Shown piece by piece: positions 1-12,299 of a DNA stretch of 64,000 bases. A program made the translations under genes and the position numbers. The notes beneath the pieces were generated by a model. The model saw only the letters and a program-made list of their open reading frames with translations, did not search any database and was not told the DNA's origin. Source of the DNA: Raillietiella orientalis (taxonomy: Eukaryota); contig JAYWIR010000007.1 in the NCBI GenBank assembly GCA_036172245.1, positions 3,472,001 to 3,536,000 on the forward strand, given 5' to 3'. How positions within the stretch are numbered: the first letter of the stretch is position 1; the number at the start of each line of letters is the position of its first letter.

Positions 1-2949
1 GTCACCAAGTTCAGTCAATCTTGCTGGTGGTTCTGTCGTACTGGTTGGGGACTTCGCATACTCATTTTTTTTTATGGCTGGGGGTGTTTCCTTTCACGGG
101 AATCCATCTGGGAAGCGATAATGCTTGGTTCGGGTACTGATGCAACACGTTGAGGCACCGAAAGACCAGTGGTCATGCGACGTGTGGGGGCTCTTAATTT
201 CCGATTCGGTTCTTCGGGACACGAGTTCGTTCGTTGAACCGTTCAGGGCTCCCGATTCGTCTTCCTCGGAGGAGACTTTTGCCCGAGGGATTTTCTGTTT
301 AGCGACACGCGCAAAGTACAACGTGGTTGCCTTCAACTGCGCTTCGTTTTTCACGATGCCGTTACTGAAGATATGAACTTTCGTTGGTGCCAAAGAGCTG
401 CACGGTCTGCGGCGGCTGAAACTTCATTCAAAGTAAAGGTCTCTGGGAAACAAATAGAGAGGTCAGGGAAAGAAACCGTCTCGATTTACAGGGAAAAATA
501 CGAAACGGATCGAGTGGATTTGCCGATCGGTGCAGAAAAGGCATTGTAATCACTTATCTCTGGAGTGTACAGGATATTTCCCAAAATTATGCTGAACACG
601 AGAATGTTTTATGATTCGGAAACGATGTCAGTGCTTGCTAGCCATCATATGACCGTCGGTATTGTGGACATTCAATGTTTATTAGTGACGAAATTATACA
701 AAACACGTTAATGGAGATTCAGGACAAATACAGGGGGGGGGGGGGATTTCCATTATCTTATCAGCCTATCTGTCCTCTTCTTCCGTTCATTTGATTAAAT
801 GCAAATCCCCGAAAACCAAAGGTAGGGATCGATGTAAATGTATGTCAATCATCATATGACCGTTGGCATGCTGCATGGTCGAGATACAAAGATATGTTAT
901 CCGAACACTCTCTCGGGATTCGCATATCCCAGCTCGACAACGTGATTGTTATCTATTAGAGCATAGGTTCCGATGTGATGTAAGTGAACACCTAATCCAC
1001 AGATAGAAAGTGGCGCCGAAATCTATTTATCTCCGTCGGAAGCAGGAAAGTGGCCGCCGGCATCTCAGTTTGCAATTGTAGATGCTGCCTTGCCTTCCGC
1101 GCCAGCATCCACCCCGTGCTGAACTTTCTTGCTACGTGTGCCATTTCCTGTTCGTGGCATCCTTCCCTGTCTGACCGCGCCTCTTTTTGAGAAATCGAAT
1201 TCCTATCGAAACGGCGCGTAAAACTTTATTGTGCGACCCACTTGATTAAACCTGCCAGTTTCAAGCGCAGGTCCCTATTGGGACCCCCATACTGCGTCTC
1301 GTTTCGGAATAAGAGAGCAAATTCGGCGGATGAGGATGAAGCCTTCTAAGATTCGCTGATGCTTTTTTGGTTGAACCTGGTGGCGTCATGACAGCAAGAG
1401 CCGGGCCACCTGGTGGTGATGGGAGTTGTCGGTTAGGGAAACGCCTCAACTTCCCTTTTTAAACCACTTGGCTCATGTGTTTCGGCCTACAAATCACGCG
1501 CAAGAAGTGGCTGTGGAGGCAGCGACAGACTGAGGAGAATTAATACCTTAAAACGAAAGCGCTTGCACAGCGGCTGCATGGTCTCACAGCAATCTTTTGC
1601 ATCCCGATTGAAACCTTTGCTGTGTGCTTTGCTAAGGATCCTCTGAGAAATAGTCTTTTGCGCAGAAACGAATGTGTTCAACAGCGAACACAAAAAAAAC
1701 TCGGATCCATGATTTTTTCTGTTTATTTTTTCTCCAACGATGATTATAGAATATATCATTTCTTTTTAAATATCCATTCACCTATGTGTCTGATATGATC
1801 TGCAATGCACTGCATGCAGTGCTCAAAGATGCAAAACAAACAAACAAAGAAAAGAAGCTAGAAAAAAACACACACACCCACACACGCTCAAAAGACACGT
1901 TTCGCGAATTTCATGTGGGAAGTGCGTCGGCATAAAGTAGGAGTTCCTTGGAGCAGTGCTTTTGTTTGTTTTCAATGGTGTCGACTAGCACGTGGCTGGT
2001 TTGATACAGAGAACATCCTCAAGAGTTTTGGGCAGACTCGGATAATGCGTGATAATGGAGGCCCTTCGCCACGTGAGAATGCGTGCGGCCCAATTTCTGA
2101 TATTCTCTCATCCAACAGTTTCAAGGAGCAGCGATTTCATTGCCGGTTCCCCAAAATTTCTAGGGCTTTCTTAGGTAGGGAGAGAGCATTTGGAGAGTCA
2201 GCAAACAGTACGACTGCAAACACCATGCAGCACGTCCACGCACGGTTCCTTCCTGCCGAGCCCGTTACACGCTCGAGCACTCGTCTGGAGCATTTAAGCC
2301 GAAAAAGATGTGGGCCAAACATGCTGCGGAAGCTCTTGCATTTACTTTTTGAAAGATCACTCAAGCAACCGTTGAGAGGAGACGAAGCGTTTCTGACGGT
2401 TGATAAAAAGCGCTGTTACGATCGTGACGAACGTGGTCGGAGTAGCGGTCAGGTGGTCAGTCCTACCTGTAACCCGAAAAGTCGCTTTGTGCACATCCCG
2501 ATCCCTATGAATGGTCATAGTAAGCAATGTAATTTTGACAGTACGGAAGAAAGCTACCCATAACTGCAGGAATTGCATTGCTGCAAATGCACAGTCATTG
2601 CACATCTCGAAACGCTGATCCATAGCATAGTATTCGAATCACAATTTGGGTTTTTCTTGTTTACCACAGTTCTCACATGCCGACGCTGCCCGTTTTTACG
2701 AGGAAATGGGGCACGGGAAATGTTTTCTTCTTCTTCTCTGCGTGGAAGTCGATTTTTCCTATCCGAAGACTCGATCTGGGGGTCGTGAAGGTGGGCGGTG
2801 ACGTAGCTAAGCGCCGCGCAGTCGTACTGCGTCTTCAGGCGTTCCACAGACAGCTCTGTGTGCATCGCCATCCTTAGAACGGAGGAATCCTCTTGAAGGT
2901 GAGAACGCGCTGGCCTCCCTTCGAGTTTTCAAACAGCAAATTTTAGAGG

Positions 2950-3980
2950 TGCGACTGACGTTCGGGTCAACACGGTGGGGGCGAGGGGGGCGGGAGTGCA
3001 GAACACCCGTGCTGACCCGAATGTAAGTTGCACCTTTAAAAGCCACTGCTTTAGTAAAACTCGATACCTGAACGATCCGATTCCGGTGTTTCAAAATTTT
3101 GGGCAGCAGGATGAAGATCACCACTGCTCGCAAGATTCGTGTGCCCGTGATGGCACTGGCATTTCTGTTCTTTTTTTTTTTTTTTGAAAGAAGAAGGCCA
3201 TCCTGTTTACACTTCGCCAGCAGCACTCAGCCCTAGGATTATCGCTCGATGTATCATCTTTCAAAACGGCCGCTTGCGTAACGCATGTCTTTTGCAACAA
3301 CTGAAACAGTGCCGCTTAACGATGCACCTTGCAGAGACTGCGATCCGCATGCAAGTCGATGGCATCAACAGCCGTCACATCAACCCACCCGATGGGTAAA
3401 CGATACCCCCCTGTATCGGTGAAGGGTGCGGGTTTGACTTGGTGGCCTATCTCCTCCTCCAGACTTTCTTGAGCGGCGGCCGCGGTGTTCGGCACGTACT
3501 CATTGCCGCCTCTGGTCGCGGCTGGTCGTTTCCCAGCTGTTTCGCTCTCGTGCACCACTGCTCAAAAAGGCGGAACGTTGCACAACTCCCAACACTTCCT
3601 CCTCATTCACGACTGCGTTGAAATGTTTCCTGCGGTGGCTCACGATTGCAAACCGGAGGCGTTCGGGATGACTGGATGGGAATTCCCGTGTTTTCCATGC
3701 GGACATTCCCAGAACCTTCCGTCTGACTTGTTGGCCCCACCCTGCAGAGAACGTCATGCGGATTCGGTGATCTCCAGGAAATACAAAAAGTCTTTGGAAG
3801 GCACATGCTGCATCGACAACTATCGTCAACACACCTTATCCTGGAAGTCTCATGGGGTCATGTTCCCCTTACCCTCTCATTCTTCCCTGCAAGCACTTCG
3901 ACGAATCCACTACCTTGCAGAAGCATTGAGTAGGAGACTCGAATAGTCAGGCATCCTGCGAGCAGAGTGCATACCGGATG
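2950..3980 (+). mobile_element. Decayed L1/Tx1-type non-LTR retrotransposon, 5' part (ORF1 remnant and N-terminal half of APE endonuclease)
   Basis: Frameshifted remnants: 'PVFQNFGQ...DGTGISV' (ORF1-like) and 'VGDSN' at 3930-3944 (GDFN-like APE motif). This frame joins in frame to the inverted segment at 8315. 5' boundary approximate. Confidence 0.5.
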
Positions 3981-5390
3981 GTTACAAAGGAACCTGCCGA
4001 GAACCGGACGCAGGCCGACGGGGTTCGCCTCGACAGCAGGGAGGAAGAGGAAATAGACAAAAGGAAAAATAGAACAAAAAAAATATGTTCAAACAAAAAT
4101 TGGGAGGGTTCGGGAAGGGATCACCGGGTGCTGGAGGGCGTCCTCCGCATCCTTGTAAGGATGCCGGCAAGTTCCAGATGGGGATATCTTGACAATATCA
4201 TCACGAAGAGGACGGCAGAATAGACGGCGTCCCTATCGTTTTGGCCTCCTCTTGCGCTGCTCCATGCAGCCACGATCCCGCCGCAGGGGCGGCAAAGTGC
4301 TGCTGGGGATGCGACCGGCGCGAGGGCATCGCGCAGGAAGAGGCGCTTCAGGACGTCTCTGGAGTTGCCCTCGAGGATCTGCAGAGACGCGACAAAGCGT
4401 TCTCACAGGGGGCGGAGGGCAACGCAACGCAATCCACGAGCAGGTGAGGGAGGAACTCTCCTCCGCACTGCTGCAGTTGGGGCTCACCTCCTCCCCCGGG
4501 TCCAATGGTGTCGGCGGGCGTTGCACGGGAGACCGCAATGCAACAGAAGGATCGCCGACTCCTGCCACTTTCGGGGGAGGATTGCGCTGTTTCAGCACGC
4601 TGGGAGCCACTGTACCTCGTCCGGAGGAATTCGTGGTAGCTCTCCCCGGCGTAGCAGTCCTTCTGGAGGGACACTCGGGTGGCAGCGTCCTCCAGCTCCC
4701 GAGTTGTCCGCGTACCCAGATGTTTCCTTTTGTTGTCTATAGCGCAAGTCACCTCCCACCTTCCCGGAAGGTCGCTGTCTCTTGATTCCCGTAAGAAGGA
4801 CAGCACTGGGGTAGGGGGGGGTGAACGACGCTCAAAGCAGATTCCCGGTGTTACCCAGGATCTTCTCGACGACTGGCGGGCGTATCTGCTGTTTCGTAGG
4901 CAGATGCACTCTTCCTCGCTCGTTTCGTTGATTTTACTCCATGCGGAAGCTGACTCCTGCAGCCAAGTAGTAGTCCACTTCGCATCGAGGACGGAGATCT
5001 TCGAGGAACGACAGGTCGGACAGAGATGTGCGGAAGACACCCAAGTTGGGTCCTGCGAAGCGCAGGTGGTGGTCGTTGCGCATCGGAGGGAGGAAACGAG
5101 GACGATGCGGTGATGTGGTCTCCGGATCGTACGGTGCAATCGGCTGCTTAGCAGATTCGGACTCTGCACGTAGCTGCACTCTGCGTGCACGATAGGGACC
5201 CCTGAGGTAGGAGCGCGCAAGAAACGCTGCAGGTGGACATCCCGAGTGAGAGGAGGTGTCCCCAACCTGGAAGAATCCTGGCACCGCGCCACCATGGCTC
5301 GCGAAGCCAACACGGTCCAACGGTAGCTCACCGGAACCGCAGTCATCCGCATTCGCGGAATTTCTGCTGCGATCCGAAGATTCCGCGGAG
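3981..5390. repeat. Left arm of a 1,410-bp inverted duplication
   Basis: Reverse complement of 8316-9725. Paired ORF coordinates all sum to 13706 (e.g. 4189+9517, 4348+9358) and their translations are identical. Confidence 0.97.
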
Positions 5391-8315
5391 GTGGGAGGGA
5401 GGCTGGTGGGCCGAAGAGAGAAACGCTCATGCGCACTGAACACGATGAAGAGTTGAGCGAAAAACCGGTGCATGTTCATCTGCATCGGGTCCCCCCCGGC
5501 GAGAATGTGGCAGAGATCCCCCTCGGGGTTCCCTACCAGGAGTGAGAGGAACGCACTCATTCCCCCGGAGCCTTTCTGCTTTCATAGAATGGTCCCTCTG
5601 GGGTACCCCTATAACTTGAAGAGTCACACGCACCCTCGGGTGGCGTGGACAGCGTTAAAGAGCTTCATGAGCTCCATCGCTTCCTCCTTGAGTAGGCGAA
5701 CGGTTCCCCACCACCTGGAGAACCAGAAGGAAAAGAAAAGAAAAAGAAGCTGGGAGGTGAACAGCGAAAACCGAAGAACCCTAAAGGATTTCCATCATCC
5801 AGGGAGATCCAGACGAAAAGCGCGTGCCGGGATCGGCTGCTGCCTCCGATTGACCGATCAGATGCCCAAAGGGTTCGAAGCAAGAGGGCCGTCGCAGAAT
5901 GTGCGTGCCGGCTTCGTGAAGAGCGCGAGTTCCAGGACGGCGAGGTGCGACAGCGGTGTACGGAGACGGGCATGCGGTAGGGAGGCTGGGTTTGGTAAGG
6001 CAATCCAAGTCGAGAGAGAGAGAGAACAAACGGCGTCAAGCTGAAAGGCGAGGAAATCTCACTGAACTTTCCTTGAAGACTCTCAGGATCTTGTAGCCAT
6101 CGGCAGCAGAACTTCCTTCTGCCGTAACCGAGGAAGCACGCGATTTTGCAGAAATGCTCAGCTAGCACAGAAACTGAACTTGAGATTTCAAAATAAAGAG
6201 AAACGGTGAGAGGGATGACTCTACAAGACAAACGGCAGCTCGTCTCAGCAAGCCAGTCAAGATTTCGTTTGTGGACTTGGATAGCTCGCCAGGGGGCATT
6301 CACCTCGAGCTGAAGAGCTTTGCACTTACGAAATCCGTTCCGCGGACACTGTCCGGTGAAACTCCAGTTGAGATCCTTCTTATTTCTTTGAGGAACTTCG
6401 CAGACAAGGAGGGATGACATTAGACGTTCGATGCTGGGTAACTGAGAAAACGGGACAAACATTTTTCGAGTCTGAGGTAGAGCTGGAAGTCATCGCAAGG
6501 ACTACAGGTCATGAGGATGGCTGAGATTTCCACCGTTGCATGTAGCACATGAGAGCGTGCGAGTGGCTGGAATTTCGTCAGGACGATTGCAGCACGTCTA
6601 AACGTCATTGACCGAAGCAGCTTCATAGAAATCTGGAACCGTCCCGCAAGCTTCCAGTATTCCAGGGGAACTTCTCGAGAGAACGGTGACCTACTGAAGC
6701 TCTCCTATCACTCAAGCTTTCCTAAATTAGTGGACAAGTCCAGCATCAGTCCCACAGAGTCGCGCATGTACCAGATCGCCGGCCATCTGCGATAACCGAA
6801 CCAATCTCAGAGGTTAAGAAGTCTCCAGAGTCGGCCGAACGAGTTCAGTTGAGTCCTCCTCACTCGAATTTCCCAAGTAAGCGGAGTGGATATCAGGAAT
6901 TCCTGGAGGAATTTCCATGGTGCGCTTAGATGGGTTGAAATCAGGGTGCGTAACCTCGTCTCGTCCAACAGATGTCAGCTTGAATATCTCAAAACTGCTG
7001 CTACTAGACGACTGTTGGCGTTCTCGAATTTTTGTAGGGGACTCATGGAATTCGAGAAGAACTGCAGAGTAGGATCAGCTGGAACACCTGCACCTGTCGA
7101 GCAATGGTTGAGAAAGCGTTAACTCTTGTCGTTCCTAAGAAAATCAAGGCTGAGGTGAAAGAGCAGTGCTCTAGGAGCCAGAGAAAAAAACTCGCAAGGT
7201 GCTGTGGAACCTCCGCGTCAACGTCTTCACTGCACAACAGTGTAAAGAAGACGCCTGCAAGAAGGCCGGAATCCAGCAGCTAGATTGCTCGAGCCACGAC
7301 TGCCCCAGCTGCCTTTACGTGTAGCCTTAAAAAACAAGAATGTGTCGCTCGCGGGACTTTCGGAACAGAATCTTTGCTATCTGCAAAATGCTAGCATGGA
7401 AATGAGACAGATGACAAGGACTTCTCCAGATAGCCAGCTATTTTCATCAGCTGCTTCGGAGACCTGAGAGACCTAGGACAGTGTCTCCGGATAGAGCACA
7501 CAGCGTTGCCAGCACAAACCAAGCAAGAGAGACCAGAAGTTGCAGCTAATCACTAGAAGAATGCTGGGAGGGGACAGAGGAGTGCATCCAGACGTATGTC
7601 CACCAGAGGGCACCAGCTCATTCATAATCTCCTCATCATTCAGACCACAGGTTCTCAATAGTTGGGCCACTCAGAAAACTTCTGTTACACACAGTGTTCG
7701 GAGCTGAAGATGCGAGTTTTCTCGAAGAGCAAAAACATTGTAAAAAGTGGGAGCAACAAGACCGTTGCTGAGGAAATTTTTGCCGCCCACGAGCAACGCT
7801 TCTTGACTCGAGCCCAGGTGTGCACGGAGAAACTCGCCCACCCACGAGAGGAATAGAACCCGTGCAGTCATCTTGTTCTGGATTCTGAGCAGGAAGATGT
7901 CGGATCTGAACGAGGAACGCCACCTACTGCTTCTCGAGACTCCATCGCTGAGACAACTCCTGAGAAAGACTTCTTTCGTCCTTCCACATCGCACGGCAGC
8001 TCCTGTTCACTTCCTCATCCGAAAGGCGACAGAACGGCGGACCTGACCTTGTGAACCAGTCTTTGTCTGTATGTTGGCTCGAGGCGTGCACAACATGCGA
8101 CAAGGGAGGCAACATCTCGCATTACGAGCCGTTGTGAGGCGACGGAACCACGGGAAGATGAGGCACGGTTTCACGCATGCGTTTGGATGTGAACCACCGT
8201 GACTCCAGCTCCAGGAAAGAGACGCACTGCAAGGGAAGAAGTGCTTGCTTGCTGTCACTTTCTGCGGTATCCCCTTCCTCACTGCTGCCTTCAGGCTCGC
8301 TTCCAGCGCTCTCAT
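3981..8315 (-). mobile_element. Inverted central/3' part of the same L1/Tx1-type element (APE C-terminus, RT, zf-RVT, 3' UTR), pseudogenised
   Basis: Minus-strand fragments in canonical ORF2 order: 'PTFYNVFALRENSHLQLRTL...NDEEIMNEL' (linker), 'SPCDDFQLYL' (YADD-like), 'YKILRVF', 'QQCGGEFLPHLLVDC' (zf-RVT CxxC..H...C remnant), then a T-rich 3' UTR. Many stops and frameshifts. Confidence 0.75.
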
Positions 8316-9725
8316 CTCCGCGGAATCTTCGGATCGCAGCAGAAATTCCGCGAATGCGGATGACTGCGGTTCCGGTGAGCTACCGTTGGACCGTGTTGGC
8401 TTCGCGAGCCATGGTGGCGCGGTGCCAGGATTCTTCCAGGTTGGGGACACCTCCTCTCACTCGGGATGTCCACCTGCAGCGTTTCTTGCGCGCTCCTACC
8501 TCAGGGGTCCCTATCGTGCACGCAGAGTGCAGCTACGTGCAGAGTCCGAATCTGCTAAGCAGCCGATTGCACCGTACGATCCGGAGACCACATCACCGCA
8601 TCGTCCTCGTTTCCTCCCTCCGATGCGCAACGACCACCACCTGCGCTTCGCAGGACCCAACTTGGGTGTCTTCCGCACATCTCTGTCCGACCTGTCGTTC
8701 CTCGAAGATCTCCGTCCTCGATGCGAAGTGGACTACTACTTGGCTGCAGGAGTCAGCTTCCGCATGGAGTAAAATCAACGAAACGAGCGAGGAAGAGTGC
8801 ATCTGCCTACGAAACAGCAGATACGCCCGCCAGTCGTCGAGAAGATCCTGGGTAACACCGGGAATCTGCTTTGAGCGTCGTTCACCCCCCCCTACCCCAG
8901 TGCTGTCCTTCTTACGGGAATCAAGAGACAGCGACCTTCCGGGAAGGTGGGAGGTGACTTGCGCTATAGACAACAAAAGGAAACATCTGGGTACGCGGAC
9001 AACTCGGGAGCTGGAGGACGCTGCCACCCGAGTGTCCCTCCAGAAGGACTGCTACGCCGGGGAGAGCTACCACGAATTCCTCCGGACGAGGTACAGTGGC
9101 TCCCAGCGTGCTGAAACAGCGCAATCCTCCCCCGAAAGTGGCAGGAGTCGGCGATCCTTCTGTTGCATTGCGGTCTCCCGTGCAACGCCCGCCGACACCA
9201 TTGGACCCGGGGGAGGAGGTGAGCCCCAACTGCAGCAGTGCGGAGGAGAGTTCCTCCCTCACCTGCTCGTGGATTGCGTTGCGTTGCCCTCCGCCCCCTG
9301 TGAGAACGCTTTGTCGCGTCTCTGCAGATCCTCGAGGGCAACTCCAGAGACGTCCTGAAGCGCCTCTTCCTGCGCGATGCCCTCGCGCCGGTCGCATCCC
9401 CAGCAGCACTTTGCCGCCCCTGCGGCGGGATCGTGGCTGCATGGAGCAGCGCAAGAGGAGGCCAAAACGATAGGGACGCCGTCTATTCTGCCGTCCTCTT
9501 CGTGATGATATTGTCAAGATATCCCCATCTGGAACTTGCCGGCATCCTTACAAGGATGCGGAGGACGCCCTCCAGCACCCGGTGATCCCTTCCCGAACCC
9601 TCCCAATTTTTGTTTGAACATATTTTTTTTGTTCTATTTTTCCTTTTGTCTATTTCCTCTTCCTCCCTGCTGTCGAGGCGAACCCCGTCGGCCTGCGTCC
9701 GGTTCTCGGCAGGTTCCTTTGTAAC
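8316..9725. repeat. Right arm of the 1,410-bp inverted duplication
   Basis: Reverse complement of 3981-5390. Identity breaks at 3980/9726 and 5391/8315. Confidence 0.97.
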
Positions 9726-9980
9726 GTAGCAGGACCACACGTCGTGCCACTGACTCGTATGCTTATTTTTATATGCGTAAACGCCCCGGCACAACCGGGT
9801 GTCAAACCTGTCGTTCCGGGCGGCAGCCGGACGAGGCGGATGGGAAGCCGAGCTGGCCGCCGCCGCTGCCGGCAGTGGGACGGAATGCTGCCTCCGCGCA
9901 CTCCGAGTGCTCGCTGGAGGCGCGGTCGACTCTCCTCCGATCGACCCAACCGCATCTGATGCACAGGCGGAGCGCGGGCG
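8316..9980 (+). mobile_element. 3' end of L1/Tx1-type element (zf-RVT region, 3' UTR, conserved downstream hairpin)
   Basis: 'HLLVDCVAL...LQILEGNSRDVLKRLF...ELAGILTRMRR'. The 3' UTR is homologous to copies at about 15020-15400, 40280-40560 and 63280-63580. Confidence 0.8.
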
Positions 9981-11116
9981 GGGGAAGATGCTGTCCTTTG
10001 GACGAGGAACGATGCCCGAGTCGTTAACGCGACCTCATTCCTCTCCTCGAGGAAGGAGGCAGCGGCCTCGTCGCAGCGGAAGACTCGCGAGAAGAGGGAA
10101 GGGGTCGTGCAACGGGCTGGAGCGGCAGTGCGCACGTCACCTTTCGCTGCCGAGAGGAACCCGCGCGTCGGTTCGCGGGAGCGCCGTGTGGGGATCATTG
10201 CGGGAGCGCACGAGAACCTTCACGGTAAGCCCGTGACGACACCGTCGGGACGATGTTCGTCCGGGACGCACAGTCAACTGACTGCAAGAAGCCCAGCTGA
10301 CCTTTTAGACCCCCCGCACCGCTGAAACTCGTGCAGACAGGTGCCGAACTAAAGGTGGACGCCAGGTGCCGAACCATCCGATAGCGTCCTCACCACAGCT
10401 TCAGCTCGAGCAACCCATATCAGGTGACATCGAATACACAAAAGTTCAGTGACTTCCCTCAGCCACGTCACCTGTCAGACGTCCCTCGTCGAAACCTCTT
10501 CTCGTTCACACTCCCATTCTTTCCGTGACGTCACAGTGCCTCTGTAGTTCTTTCAAGGCTTCATTTGCTTGTCAGCCGGATTTTTGGGGGGCTCCAGAGG
10601 TGTCCCCCAATTCTGCCTGCATTTCGGCGGTTGCTCCGGAGATGGTACGAAGTCTTAGATGCTCACTATCTTAACTTCCATCCGGAAGAAGGGATGGAAT
10701 CGAAATAAGTGATTTGGAGTCTCTACGTGTCGTGTTTTGTTCTTTTTTCTACCTGGACAACCTCATTCCAAGTGGACAAGTAAAGCTGGGTGGCATGCGG
10801 AGGGACCTTCGAGGAGAATCCAAGAAAGATCGCGAAGACAGAGAATGTTTTTGTCCTTTCGCCCCTTTTCCGATGGCAGCTGTGTGAGCCGCCTTTCGAC
10901 GCGTCCGTACTTGATTTGCCCTCGCAGGTGTGTCGACATGTGGGATCAAAAGAACACCGCGGTGCTCCTGGAATGCTGCACGGGCACGGCAATTCTCTTT
11001 GTCCGACGGCTAGTGGTGGAGGCACCTCGTTTTTCTCGAGAACGCAGAGGGGACACGCAGCCGTCACACCGGAACGTTTCTTGTCACAGCACTCTTTGCC
11101 GGAGCCCCCGCCCCGA

Positions 11117-11124
11117 TATAAAAG
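11117..11124 (+). promoter_or_regulatory. Candidate TATA box (TATAAAAG) preceded by a GC box-like CCCCGCCCC
   Basis: Consensus match, with a downstream splice donor GTATGT at 11253. Function is untested. Confidence 0.3.
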
Positions 11125-11581
11125 GTGATTTCGGTTCCCGGGCCAATTGTTCTCCTGCCTTGTCGTTGCGTTAACCTGGAACCGCCTCCCTGAAGCACTG
11201 CGACGACGGAGGAAACGCAGAAACAAGTTGAGCGATTCCGCAATACATTCACGTATGTACAGAGTGAGCTACCTCATAACCAACCCTTCTCGAGTGTGGC
11301 TGTGCGCAGTCCACAATAGGAACGAGCCCAGGGAGGAAAACGGTTCTCGGCCAATTTCGCGATTGTGGGATTCGACTGCAAGAAAATTAAGGGGTCCGCG
11401 CACTTTGCGTCTTCTGCCGAAATCTCTGCTCAGCGCGCTCCGTCCAGCACCTTTCTTCTCCGGAGGGTTGAGGAGCGAGCCTTGCTGCTTCGGAAGGAGA
11501 TTGTTCGAGAAAATGCTCGGAAATGCGAAATCTCTTTGCGATGGCGTGGAGCACCATGAAATCAGCGTGTGAGAGATCAGC

Positions 11582-11600
11582 AATAAAAAAAAAAAAAAAA
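11582..11600 (+). repeat. AATAAA running into an A-tract
   Basis: Sequence caataaaaaaaaaaaaaaaa. Confidence 0.7.
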
Positions 11601-12299
11601 TGCGGGGTGAGCTACTTAAAACCGGTCCACCGCCGAGCCTGACCTCGAGGCGAGAAGTAGGGTGCAGCGCAGATGGAGAAAGAGAAACTGCTTCGGCGCT
11701 CCCCCTTTCGAGCTGGCCCCAAGCTCTCCCTCTGAAGCAACCCTCCGATTTTCCCGTACAATGCTGTGGAACGCTCTCCTCGGCGACAGAGTACTCTGCT
11801 TAAGAACAAGATGGGTGGGTGGGTCGTCACAAATTCACCGGAGGGGATGGTGAATCCGACTGCATCCGCACCCATGTGGTTCGGTTTCGGAAAAAGCGTG
11901 GCATGAAACAAGCCGCATGAACCCGTCGGAAGCGGCCTGAATCGGACGAGGGTGCCGGTAACCATGGAGACGCCCCTCGCGTTTTCCGAGACGCAGCTCC
12001 ATCACCAGGAAAATCTTCTCATCTTCCACAGGGAACTCTTCCAGTGGAGATACAAGAGATGGTCTTTTGGTCCAAGGGGGAGGCATATGTGAGTTTTCGT
12101 ATTCTTTTTTTTTTTTGTTTTTGCGAATTGCCTCCAATAACACACCCTACTTCAAGTGCTTGCGGGTTGCTTGAAAGATCATGTGAGAGAGTTGATCTGC
12201 GTCAAAGAGAAGAAACACTGAAGAGAGAGACGGAGAAAAACTTGGAAGACAGCGTGATCACTTCGATTCTTTAGATTCTTAGGATTCTTTAGATTTGTG

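Noticed and set aside
1..2900. Possible exons of an unidentified gene
   Set aside because: Splice-like signals exist, but I could not assemble an open or recognisable reading frame.
8177..9358. 393-aa and 362-aa ORFs (8177-9358 + and 4348-5436 -) as novel genes
   Set aside because: They are frameshifted read-throughs of decayed retroelement ORF2. Only the zf-RVT piece is in a meaningful frame, and they are duplicated by the inverted repeat.
3981..9725. Composite DNA transposon with 1.4-kb terminal inverted repeats
   Set aside because: No transposase and no target-site duplication. The arms are retroelement 3' sequence and the breakpoint rejoins an endonuclease frame.
9655..9725. HDV-like ribozyme in the conserved 3' UTR (GGCGAA, CCTGC/GCAGG stem)
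   Set aside because: I could not build the P1/P2/P1.1 nested pseudoknot on either strand, and the candidate pairing is not conserved in the 15100-15170 copy.
10727..11831. Solo LTR (TGTCGTG start, TATA, AATAAA, ...CA end)
   Set aside because: No matching terminal inverted repeat or target-site duplication, and no second LTR in the window.
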